From the NCBI RefSeq assembly GCF_000186885.1, contig NC_014972.1, positions 2,790,001 through 2,822,000 on the forward strand: a DNA stretch of 32,000 nt, in the 5' to 3' direction. Under the pieces are notes generated by a model, which worked only from the letters and a program-made list of their open reading frames with translations, was not told the DNA's origin and made no database searches. This document shows, piece after piece, positions 16,730 through 24,183 of this stretch. Made by a program: the position numbers and the translations under genes. The stretch's first letter is position 1. Every line of letters begins with the position of its first letter. The DNA is from Desulfobulbus propionicus DSM 2032. GTDB lineage: Bacteria; Desulfobacterota; Desulfobulbia; Desulfobulbales; Desulfobulbaceae.

Positions 16730-18175
16730 TTGGAGGGGCTTGAAGTGAGCGAAATTCAGTTTTCCGAAGCGCTATCCGGAACAAAAACGTCACGCATCGA
16801 CCCTGAGTATTTCAATAGAGCAGCCACCAAAACCCTGAAAATGATAAAGGGGACATTGCGGCTAGGGGATCTTGTTCAAGATGGTTATCGGGTCGTCTAT
16901 GAAACCACAGAGGCCATCGATCGGGAAGAAGGGGAACGCCTAGGCCTGCCCTATTTTCTGCAAAGCGCTGACATATCGACACCTTTCATCAATGCCAAGT
17001 CTATGGTTTGTGTAGCCCTTTCGGATTGGGAACGCTACCCAAAGGGGCGCATTATTCCCGGGGAGCTGCTTATCGAAGTCAAAGGCAAGGCAGAGAAGAT
17101 CGCTTTGGTTCCCGATGATTTTCCCAAAAATACGCTTGTGACAGGGACCTGTTTCAAGCTTACAACCAAGCAACGCGTCGATCAGTATTTCTTAGCAAGT
17201 TATCTTACTTGCCGTTACGGCCAAGCCCTTAAAGATCGGCTAAAAAGCAACTTGCTTGTAAGCTATATCGCAAAAGATGATCTTTACCGACTTCCCATCC
17301 CAGACCTCTCCCCTGAGATTAAGCTCAAGATTAAGTTTTGTTTTGACCGGTGCTTCGAGGCGCATGAAGAAGCTCAATCTTTAATGGACGAGGCCGAAAC
17401 CACGCTCCTTCGCGCACTCGGCTTAGAAAATTGGCAAGCTCCAGAATCTTTGAGCTATGTCCGCAACAGCCGCGATGCATTTGCTGCCGGGCGACTGGAT
17501 GCAGAGCATTTTCAAGAGAAGTATTATGCGGCAAAAACAGCCTTGATTAAAGCAGGCGCCAAGTGTTTTATCCCTTTCCCTGAACTGTTGGAGTCTTTGA
17601 CAAACGGGCATACCCCTCTACGTCACGATTTGAGCAAGGGTGAAGTTCCGTTCCTATGTGCAGAACACGTTAACGATTTCAATATCAAATTTGACAGTGA
17701 GAAACGTATCCTTCTTGAGCACCATGGAAAAGAACTAGCACGCACAGCCGTTCACGATGGTGATGTATTGCTCACTATCAAAGGAAGAATTGGAAATGCG
17801 GCTATCGCAGAAAACGTACCGGGAGCAGTCAACATCAATCAAGACGTTGCCCTACTTCGCCTCAATGAAACATTGCCTATTTGGTATATTGTTGCCTACT
17901 TGAATTGCCGTTTTGGAAAATTACAATCTGAAAAAATGGCAACAGGAGCCATTAATCCCTTCCTTGGTCTTTTTAGTGTCCGTCGGTTTGAAGTCCCTGA
18001 ATTTGAATATGAGACTATGCAAGAGATTGCCGACAGTACCCAATCGCTCGTTAAGTCGTCCCGCTCTGCTTGGCAAAAGGCATCTCAGTTTCTCGACACG
18101 GCTAAGCGTGCTATTGAAATTGCCATCGAAGAAAACGAAACAGCCGCGATGGCATATCTGGAGGGGGCTGTATGA
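16730..18175 (+). CDS. hsdS: Restriction-modification specificity subunit (HsdS-like, two target-recognition domains)
   Basis: 481 aa. The conserved spacer motif occurs twice, as SRIDPEYF near the N-terminus and GRLDAEHF mid-protein, each followed by a variable TRD. It has a TTG start, and the frame is open from 16616, so the exact start is uncertain. Confidence 0.8.
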   Translation: MEGLEVSEIQFSEALSGTKTSRIDPEYFNRAATKTLKMIKGTLRLGDLVQDGYRVVYETTEAIDREEGERLGLPYFLQSADISTPFINAKSMVCVALSDWERYPKGRIIPGELLIEVKGKAEKIALVPDDFPKNTLVTGTCFKLTTKQRVDQYFLASYLTCRYGQALKDRLKSNLLVSYIAKDDLYRLPIPDLSPEIKLKIKFCFDRCFEAHEEAQSLMDEAETTLLRALGLENWQAPESLSYVRNSRDAFAAGRLDAEHFQEKYYAAKTALIKAGAKCFIPFPELLESLTNGHTPLRHDLSKGEVPFLCAEHVNDFNIKFDSEKRILLEHHGKELARTAVHDGDVLLTIKGRIGNAAIAENVPGAVNINQDVALLRLNETLPIWYIVAYLNCRFGKLQSEKMATGAINPFLGLFSVRRFEVPEFEYETMQEIADSTQSLVKSSRSAWQKASQFLDTAKRAIEIAIEENETAAMAYLEGAV

Positions 18176-18747
18176 GCGGAGACTACTATAAAGAGTGGCG
18201 TGCAAAGGCCGAGGTTGATTATTTCCCGCAATTGGTAGTTTTATGGCTTTCAACCAATTCGTGGTACCGATCTCACTACTCCGAAATCACAACCAAGCGC
18301 GACCGTGACTTTCTCAACAAGCTTCGAGACGATCACAGCACCAGGAACAAGCTTTTTACGAGGTTTGATAGGCTGCTCGGGTCTGCTGGCACCAAAGATC
18401 ATGCCGAACTGATCAGTGTCATCGAAGCGCTCTCATTCGCTTTAAATAGCGCTTTGCTCCTTTGGGAAGAGAATAAGGGCGACAGCGTAATCACCTTCGA
18501 AAACTGCCTGCTAGCGCTGAATCCCAAAATGTACGGCAGTCTCGTTGTCAAGAAGCGAGCGCCAGGTATCCGCATCAGCGACACACTCAAGCTTACCGAT
18601 GACAAATCTTCTCTTTTTAATGGGCTGCTTGAGATAATTTACCAGATCCGCTGCCACCTGGTTCATGGCCAACTGGAACCAAATAACGAGAACCATGAAG
18701 TGGTGAAGCATTGTTATCGTTTGCTGCATCTACTGATGCAGATTTAA
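18172..18747 (+). CDS. Hypothetical 191-aa protein with a C-terminal Rx4H motif (possible HEPN-type RNase)
   Basis: Its ATG overlaps the hsdS TGA as ATGA. The protein is predicted helical. The motif YQIRCHLVHG places R160 and H165 in Rx4H spacing near the C-terminus, followed by Gly as in many HEPN families. Confidence 0.4.
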   Translation: MSGDYYKEWRAKAEVDYFPQLVVLWLSTNSWYRSHYSEITTKRDRDFLNKLRDDHSTRNKLFTRFDRLLGSAGTKDHAELISVIEALSFALNSALLLWEENKGDSVITFENCLLALNPKMYGSLVVKKRAPGIRISDTLKLTDDKSSLFNGLLEIIYQIRCHLVHGQLEPNNENHEVVKHCYRLLHLLMQI

Positions 18748-18807
18748 AACGGAAAAGATTCTGACTGCATTTCTCCACCCCCAAATCCTTCTATCAACGA
18801 GCAAGAA

Positions 18808-19710
18808 ATGGAAATAACCGTTCAGGCTTTTGAACTGAAAACAGGAAAAGGAATTTCTCTCCAGCATTTTGGTGACCACCTCAAAACTCTGTCGGTGTCG
18901 TCTGTGAAGAACAGGTACATCTATGTTGATCGGACAGATGGATGGTGGCACGGTTTGCTGTTGACGGCTCGAAATATAAAAGCCTTTGCACGGATGGAAC
19001 GACAGGGGGGACGGGTTATTTTAAGCCCGGAATCTATTAAAAATGGGGAACTTGCACATTTTAATTTTTTCTTAGTGCACGAAAAGTTTGGGAGAGGATT
19101 ATATCAGTATTATCACGGATCATCCTCTGTCCATGGATTTGCACAAGTATTGAAGCAACATTATAATGGATTTAAAAAGCAGTGTATCGAGAGAGATTGC
19201 CTTGCTGAAAATATTTTGGCAGATTCACCGCCGAAGAAAATAACTAAACGTTATGCCGGTTATCTGGTTTACCAGCTTGTTTTACGCAGAAAATCGTTCG
19301 AAGCTCTCATGAAAGAGCTTAGAGGAGTAAGAAAAGTCTCACTTCAGTTTGTTGAATATGAACCTCATCAGAGATTGTTTAGATCGCTTGCAGGCAAAGC
19401 GAAGGCAGTGCAACACAACCTTACATTTGGCAATAAATATGACGGATCCATCAGAGATGATCTAGTAGAGTTGGCAAACACCGATATTTTGAAGACATTG
19501 AGCGGAGTAGGTATTGACGATAACGATGTCGAACGGCGTTTTCGTTTACTGAATGAGCCTGAATCGCTTGGCAATTTCGATTTTAACGATATTGTCCTTT
19601 CAACTGAGTTCGACTCGGAAGATGTTCATTCGAGTCTTGAGCGAGCGCCTGTCCTCTCAAAAATGAAAACGATAGCCGAATCTGACAATTGGTTGATGGG
19701 TAAAATATAA
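18808..19710 (+). CDS. Hypothetical 300-aa soluble protein, no family recognised
   Basis: Clean ORF with an ATG start in a low-GC context. It has no TM segments and no catalytic motif that I can name. Confidence 0.6.
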   Translation: MEITVQAFELKTGKGISLQHFGDHLKTLSVSSVKNRYIYVDRTDGWWHGLLLTARNIKAFARMERQGGRVILSPESIKNGELAHFNFFLVHEKFGRGLYQYYHGSSSVHGFAQVLKQHYNGFKKQCIERDCLAENILADSPPKKITKRYAGYLVYQLVLRRKSFEALMKELRGVRKVSLQFVEYEPHQRLFRSLAGKAKAVQHNLTFGNKYDGSIRDDLVELANTDILKTLSGVGIDDNDVERRFRLLNEPESLGNFDFNDIVLSTEFDSEDVHSSLERAPVLSKMKTIAESDNWLMGKI

Positions 19711-19711
19711 A

Positions 19712-20236
19712 ATGGTCACTTTTATTCCATACATAGCGACTATTTTTGTATCCATTTGTTGTTGGTTTGCCCTGTTCAATTTACCTGATACGAATCGATT
19801 TTCTTGCCTCTACGATACAAAACTTCAGCTTGTTTTCTTTACTGCATTTCTCACTGTTGGCAGTTTTCTTCTGGCAATGAAGGCTTTTATCCTGATTCGG
19901 ATCCGGGATGATATTTATCGCCACGAAAAGTATAAAGAACGATATCTACTACAGTATGATAATCAGTATAAGGGAGATTATTATAAAGGGTTACTCGATC
20001 TGGGCAATTTGCTTGTTGTCAGTGTTGCCGGAGCCTTCTTTACGTCAATCGCTCAAATAACTATCGGATTCAGCAAAATATACCCTATAAAATGCATTGC
20101 TCCGTCACTTGTTGGCGGGATGCTCGTCCTCGTGTTGTTTGACTGGCTTTTTGTTTATCTCAATTTACGAGACTGGTTCGAATTTATCGAATCCGACATA
20201 GAGAAAGAATTGAAGGAAAAGAAAGAAACTCTTTGA
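19712..20236 (+). CDS. Hypothetical 174-aa integral membrane protein (four predicted TM helices)
   Basis: It starts 1 nt after the upstream stop. Hydrophobic helices lie at about aa 3-23, 38-62, 96-119 and 128-152. A Tyr/Lys-rich central loop (IYRHEKYKERYLLQYDNQYKGDYYKG) and a charged C-terminal helix complete the protein. Confidence 0.6.
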   Translation: MVTFIPYIATIFVSICCWFALFNLPDTNRFSCLYDTKLQLVFFTAFLTVGSFLLAMKAFILIRIRDDIYRHEKYKERYLLQYDNQYKGDYYKGLLDLGNLLVVSVAGAFFTSIAQITIGFSKIYPIKCIAPSLVGGMLVLVLFDWLFVYLNLRDWFEFIESDIEKELKEKKETL

Positions 20237-20354
20237 GGAATGTTCATTACGCAGAGCCGTAGTTCAATTTCACACCTCACCTAAAACATTAACAATTGTG
20301 CGCTCAAACTCTGCTCCACTGATTCAGAGCGCCAATACCTTCAGCCTTGATTCC

Positions 20355-20675
20355 TCAAAACAACCGCAACTGCCGTCCATCCGACCGCCCCAATATATTC
20401 CAGATCTGCCGTTCCTGGAGCCCATACTTGCGGGCCAACTCAACCCCCGAATACTTACCCGTATCATAGTCGCTGCGAATACACCGGTCCCGCCAACTAC
20501 GAGTCCAGGTCTTCCAGCCGTAGATTCGCACCGGGGTGCCGTCAAAGCGTTGGGCCAACTTGAGGGCGTTGCCAATGCCGATCAGCTCGGCAATGGTCCG
20601 CATGTCGCCGTTCAATTCCTCCAGCCGGGGCCAGGCATCCGGCGGCAGATCGATGATTTCGTGGGGCCTGCTCAC
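20355..20675 (-). CDS. mor: Mor-family middle/late transcription activator
   Basis: The segment IAELIGIGNALKLAQRFDGTPVRIY...RDRCIRSDYDTGKYSGVELARKYGLQERQIWNIL matches the Mor/C family. I favour the GTG at 20675, which overlaps the upstream TGA as GTGA. The ORF-track start at 20756 would overlap gemA by 85 nt. Confidence 0.75.
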   Translation of the reverse strand: MSRPHEIIDLPPDAWPRLEELNGDMRTIAELIGIGNALKLAQRFDGTPVRIYGWKTWTRSWRDRCIRSDYDTGKYSGVELARKYGLQERQIWNILGRSDGRQLRLF

Positions 20676-21130
20676 TTCTTTTGCGTCCCTTGCGTCTTCA
20701 ACCGATGCTCCAGATCGGTGATCAGGATATGCAGAGCCTTGCTGTCCTCGAGCCACTCAAACCGATCCACGCCGAACTGCTTTTTCACCCTGGCGTGGAT
20801 TTTGTTGATGTCGTAGCCCAAGGCGTGCCACAAAGCCAGCACCTTGCGTTGCTGCTTTGCCGCTGGGCCGGGCTTGATTTCCAGATACTGGCCATCGGTT
20901 TTTCGTTGTTGCTTTTGCCCATCAAAGCGTGGCTGCCAGCCCTTGGCTTTGAATAGATTGATCAGATCCCTGGCTTGCCGCTCGTTCAGTTCCTTGGCCG
21001 AGTCCACCTGAAAATAGTGATGAAGAATATCGCGGTAGGCTTCGTCGGTCAGGGCCAGTTCCTTCTTGGCAATGTGGATCCGGGCCAATGCACTGTTACT
21101 TGGCGTCATGTGGCTCTCCATACTGGGCAA
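20672..21130 (-). CDS. gemA: GemA / Mu gp16-like regulatory protein (DUF1018)
   Basis: 152 aa. The segment ALARIHIAKKELALTDEAYRDILHHYFQVDSAKELNERQARDLINLFKAKGW fits the DUF1018 pattern. The true start may be the internal Met at 21109. Confidence 0.7.
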   Translation of the reverse strand: MPSMESHMTPSNSALARIHIAKKELALTDEAYRDILHHYFQVDSAKELNERQARDLINLFKAKGWQPRFDGQKQQRKTDGQYLEIKPGPAAKQQRKVLALWHALGYDINKIHARVKKQFGVDRFEWLEDSKALHILITDLEHRLKTQGTQKK

Positions 21131-21629
21131 GGTATTTACGCATGATCTCGCTCATGCCTTCATCTGTTGGCTGCCGGCACACCCTGTGGCTTCCATCGAC
21201 CTCTTCTCTCCGCACCTGCTGCTCGTTCCGGGCATCGGCCTGGTCGGCCATTTGATACACAATGGTGCGAAGATAGTTGTGATTCTTCATCGGCAAGGTC
21301 AGGCTGGCGGCCTGCTCGAGCATCCGCTCCATGCCCAGCACCCATAACGATGGCGGACAAGGCCGATCAACCTTGCCCTGTTGCGAGACAAAACCTTTGC
21401 CGACCAACGCCAGCAATTCCCTGGTCAACCGCTCGCTTTTCGAGGGTTGCAGAGTGCAGCCGGAGGCCGGACGGAACAGGGAGAGATAGCGCAGGTAGGG
21501 TTTCTGCACCTCATGGGGCAGATCGGCAAAAAGGGCCAGGAAAGGGCCGAACTGTGCATCGTCCAGAAAGCAGGTAATCGGTGCCTTGTAGCCGCACCGG
21601 TGGCATCGTCCGTCATGGGGCATGGTCAT
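21096..21629 (-). CDS. Hypothetical early protein with an N-terminal CxxC
   Basis: 177-aa ORF in the semi-essential early region. CHRCGYKAPITC lies near the N-terminus. Confidence 0.5.
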   Translation of the reverse strand: MTMPHDGRCHRCGYKAPITCFLDDAQFGPFLALFADLPHEVQKPYLRYLSLFRPASGCTLQPSKSERLTRELLALVGKGFVSQQGKVDRPCPPSLWVLGMERMLEQAASLTLPMKNHNYLRTIVYQMADQADARNEQQVRREEVDGSHRVCRQPTDEGMSEIMRKYLAQYGEPHDAK

Positions 21630-21674
21630 AATTTATTATGCTGCTCATCAGACCCGGAGCGCAACCTCCGGATG

Positions 21675-21708
21675 ATCCCGGCCAGTGGCCGGGATTTCGC
21701 ATTTTTTC
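21675..21708 (+). terminator. GC-rich hairpin ATCCCGGCC-AGT-GGCCGGGAT followed by TTCGCATTTTTT (terminator-like only in the plus-strand sense)
   Basis: Perfect 9-bp stem with a 3-nt loop read from the sequence. The T-run is on the plus strand, antisense to the early operon. A second hairpin, CCGGAG-CGCAAC-CTCCGG, lies at 21655-21671. Confidence 0.4.
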
Positions 21709-22543
21709 ACGCAATCCCAGAAAAATCCAAGTTCACCTGCCGGTACTCGCCCTTTTCATCGCGCTCATACACCCGGTAATAGGTGCAGGATCCGGTCACC
21801 GTGATCGCGTCCCCGATGGCCTCCATGGCCTTGATCCAGGTGGGGTGCTTGATATCCAGCTTGCGCAACCCGAGGATCCGCTTGGTGTTGATCTTGCCCT
21901 TTTTGTCGACCTGAAAGGCAGCTTCGATGAGGGTGCGCACCTCAGAACCCGAGTCCTTGGTCCACTCGCGGAGACACTCGTCGATCAGGGCCTTGGCGGC
22001 CTGAAGCCGTTCATCGAAATCCAGCCGCTCGGATACGTCCCGCAGCACCTTGTAACGGCCGTCAAAGGAAACCAGGTTGATGTTGCCCTTGACCCCGCCG
22101 AGGGTGACCCCGTACTTCTCGGCGGAAAGGTCGAGAAAAGCCTCCAGGTCGGTGGCCAGCTGTTTCTTGAATGTGGTTACCGTGGCGGCCAGATCCTTGG
22201 CCTTGTGCACCACCTCCTTGACGAACTCGTCCCGGGCCAGGTCGATCTCCTTGATCGACTCGATCGGCACCAGGTGGCCCACCGCGTTCCGCATGTAGCC
22301 GTCGGGTATTGCCTGCATGGTCTTTCCTCCGTAAACAGTTAGGACTTTTTCGCTGATCGCCTCCAGGGATCCGCTGTAATTATTGTTCAGCACCTGGGAG
22401 ATGGCGGCCGGGCTATACCCCAGCTTGCCGGCCACCGATGCCTGGCTGCCTTCAATCTGGACTGCTCTACGCAGCAAGCTGATCCAGTCCATGGCCTTTG
22501 CTCTTGGTCTGGGTTCTAAAGGTATGCATTTCCCGGTAGTCAT
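21707..22543 (-). CDS. DUF3164-family Mu-like early protein, in frame with an upstream HTH segment
   Basis: The DUF3164 core begins MQAIPDGYMRNAVGHLVPIESIKEIDLARDEFV at the ATG at 22318, preceded by a GGAGGA ribosome-binding site. The same frame stays open upstream through the HTH-like MDWISLLRRAVQIEGSQASVAGKLGYSPAAISQVL (ATG at 22492). The true start is therefore ambiguous. Confidence 0.65.
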   Translation of the reverse strand: MTTGKCIPLEPRPRAKAMDWISLLRRAVQIEGSQASVAGKLGYSPAAISQVLNNNYSGSLEAISEKVLTVYGGKTMQAIPDGYMRNAVGHLVPIESIKEIDLARDEFVKEVVHKAKDLAATVTTFKKQLATDLEAFLDLSAEKYGVTLGGVKGNINLVSFDGRYKVLRDVSERLDFDERLQAAKALIDECLREWTKDSGSEVRTLIEAAFQVDKKGKINTKRILGLRKLDIKHPTWIKAMEAIGDAITVTGSCTYYRVYERDEKGEYRQVNLDFSGIA

Positions 22544-22829
22544 TGAGTTTCTTGACCGCCAGCTCCGCCGCCATGCCGATGGACAGCAGCGCCTTATGAT
22601 CGGGAGATGGCCCGGCCTCCTCGATCAGCTCATGCACTCGAAGCAGCTGGGTGATGGCATCGGTCCGAAAGCCGCTGAGGATCTTGTCCGAGGTCAGTTC
22701 CACCTGCAGGGCCTTGGTGGTTCGCATGATGGACAGCAGGTCGATGTTGTCGCCCAGAGTACCAATGCGCAGGTTGTGCACGTTCTTGCTGATCTCCGCC
22801 AAGCTCCGATTGATCCGTAATGCGTTCAT
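22467..22829 (-). CDS. Hypothetical early protein
   Basis: 120-aa ORF with protein-like composition. Its 3' end overlaps the upstream extension of the next ORF. Confidence 0.45.
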   Translation of the reverse strand: MNALRINRSLAEISKNVHNLRIGTLGDNIDLLSIMRTTKALQVELTSDKILSGFRTDAITQLLRVHELIEEAGPSPDHKALLSIGMAAELAVKKLNDYREMHTFRTQTKSKGHGLDQLAA

Positions 22830-23410
22830 TCTCCTTCCTCCATGGTGGTGATGGCGTCCCGGGCCTTGGACAGGGCCTCGCTTGCCGATTGTAAACTCTG
22901 TATGGTTTGGTCGATCGCGTTGATCGCTTCGCGTTTCTTTCTTTGCCGGAGTTCGCGCAGCTTGGCCGCCTTGGCGTCATCCACCGGCATATCGACGGTA
23001 TCGTTGATCAATTGCCAGGTTGCGGGCAGGCCAGGCTGCTGCTGTTTTCGCACCACCTCCCGCTTGGCCAGGGTGGCCAGCCACTCCCGGGCGTAGTCCT
23101 TGGAGACCTCGGCCATGACCATCATGTCCTCCACCGTCACCCGTTTGCGCATGCGCAGGATCTGCCACATCACTTGGCGCTTGTCCGGTTGCTTGAACGC
23201 CTTCACCGGGCCATACACCCCCTGGCGGAACCGCTGTAATCTTCCGGCCAGGTGCAGATCGCTCAGGGTATTGAGCATCCGCTTATATTCCACCCTGGTT
23301 TTCAATCCGAGCTGCAGGGCAATGGCCTCGGTCGTCACTTCACCGTTGTTCCCGGCCGCCAGTTGCCATGCTGTCTCCAGCACTGTCCGCGAAAAAGATT
23401 CATGTGCCAT
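22826..23410 (-). CDS. Hypothetical early protein (winged-helix-like repeats, C-terminal coiled coil)
   Basis: 194-aa ORF immediately downstream of the MuB-like gene. Its stop overlaps the next gene's start. Confidence 0.5.
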   Translation of the reverse strand: MAHESFSRTVLETAWQLAAGNNGEVTTEAIALQLGLKTRVEYKRMLNTLSDLHLAGRLQRFRQGVYGPVKAFKQPDKRQVMWQILRMRKRVTVEDMMVMAEVSKDYAREWLATLAKREVVRKQQQPGLPATWQLINDTVDMPVDDAKAAKLRELRQRKKREAINAIDQTIQSLQSASEALSKARDAITTMEEGE

Positions 23411-23413
23411 GGC

Positions 23414-24145
23414 TCACCCCTGCAAGCCGCACTTGCAGGCAATGGCGGCCAGTTCGGCGTCCACCTCGCCGGTCCGGCGCAAGCTGGTGGCGGCATGGGC
23501 TAGGTTGATGGTGTCGCGGCGGACGATCCGCAGATCGCCGCCGGCGGCCCGGTGCATGATCTCGGCCGCCGGGGTGCTCAGCTGCAGTCCGGTGCACTGG
23601 CTGACATACATGACCACATCCGAAGGGCTCACCGGCTCGAACTCCATGGCCCGATAGGTGCGCGACCAGACTCTCCGGTTTTGTTTCATCAGGTGCGGCA
23701 ACTCCTCTTCACCGATCAGGACCACGATGCCGCCGGTGATCTTGACCAGGTCGCGGATGATCTCGAGAAACTTCTGGCCGAACCGCTCGATTTCGTCGAT
23801 GAATACCGGTTGGTTGTTCGTGGTCATGGCCTCGATGATGGCATCGAAGCACCGGCCCCTGCGGCTGGGGATCTGGCGGATACCGAACTCCCGGCAGAGC
23901 TTCTGCAAAAAATCCAGCTCCGACCAGATCGACACCGTCTCGATATAGACACAGCCGTTTCGGGCCGCCCAGGTCTGGACAGTGCGGGTCTTACCCCGTC
24001 CGGCCCGGCCCCAGATGCAGCCCAACCGCTCGTCGCCTTCGCCTGCCCCGCCCTTGCCGATCATCAACCCCTGCATCAGGGTGTCGAACGATCGCACGTT
24101 TTTGGTCTGGACAAAAACCGGTTTGAATTTTACTGTTTCAGCCAT
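23414..24145 (-). CDS. MuB-like AAA+ ATPase (transposition target-DNA activator)
   Basis: 243 aa with Walker A GRAGRGKT and Walker B VFIDEIE. It lies directly downstream of the transposase, as in Mu. Confidence 0.8.
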   Translation of the reverse strand: MAETVKFKPVFVQTKNVRSFDTLMQGLMIGKGGAGEGDERLGCIWGRAGRGKTRTVQTWAARNGCVYIETVSIWSELDFLQKLCREFGIRQIPSRRGRCFDAIIEAMTTNNQPVFIDEIERFGQKFLEIIRDLVKITGGIVVLIGEEELPHLMKQNRRVWSRTYRAMEFEPVSPSDVVMYVSQCTGLQLSTPAAEIMHRAAGGDLRIVRRDTINLAHAATSLRRTGEVDAELAAIACKCGLQG

Positions 24146-24183
24146 AGGTCATTCTCCCCTGTGATCTATTCTTGGGTTGGATG

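Larger units (their letters stand above)
14040..20354 (+). other. AT-richer accessory island of five plus-strand genes inserted between the lysis and mor modules
   Basis: The strand switches and GC drops. My spot counts of 60-nt lines gave 40/60 GC at 9001 (phage core), against 31/60 at 15001, 27/60 at 17281, 20/60 at 19021 and 23/60 at 19801. Confidence 0.8.

Noticed and set aside
14514-18175. Calling the island's first two genes a complete Type I restriction-modification system
   Set aside because: No HsdR (helicase/translocase plus nuclease) gene exists in the window. Only M (with a fused nuclease-like domain) and S are present, so a Type IIB-like enzyme or solitary M+S is the supportable description.
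18808-20236. Assigning the 300-aa plus 4-TM pair to Kiwa (KwaB/KwaA) or to a CBASS/Pycsar-type cyclase-effector pair
   Set aside because: The gene order is the reverse of Kiwa, and I cannot recognise DUF4868-like or cyclase (GS...DxD) motifs in the 300-aa protein. The TM protein is too short to carry a nucleotide-binding domain. Without a profile search, naming a family would be invention.
20298-20816. 172-aa plus-strand ORF at the right edge of the island
   Set aside because: It lies antisense to the Mor-family gene and the gemA 3' end, in GC-rich phage sequence with junk-like composition. It is not part of the island operon.
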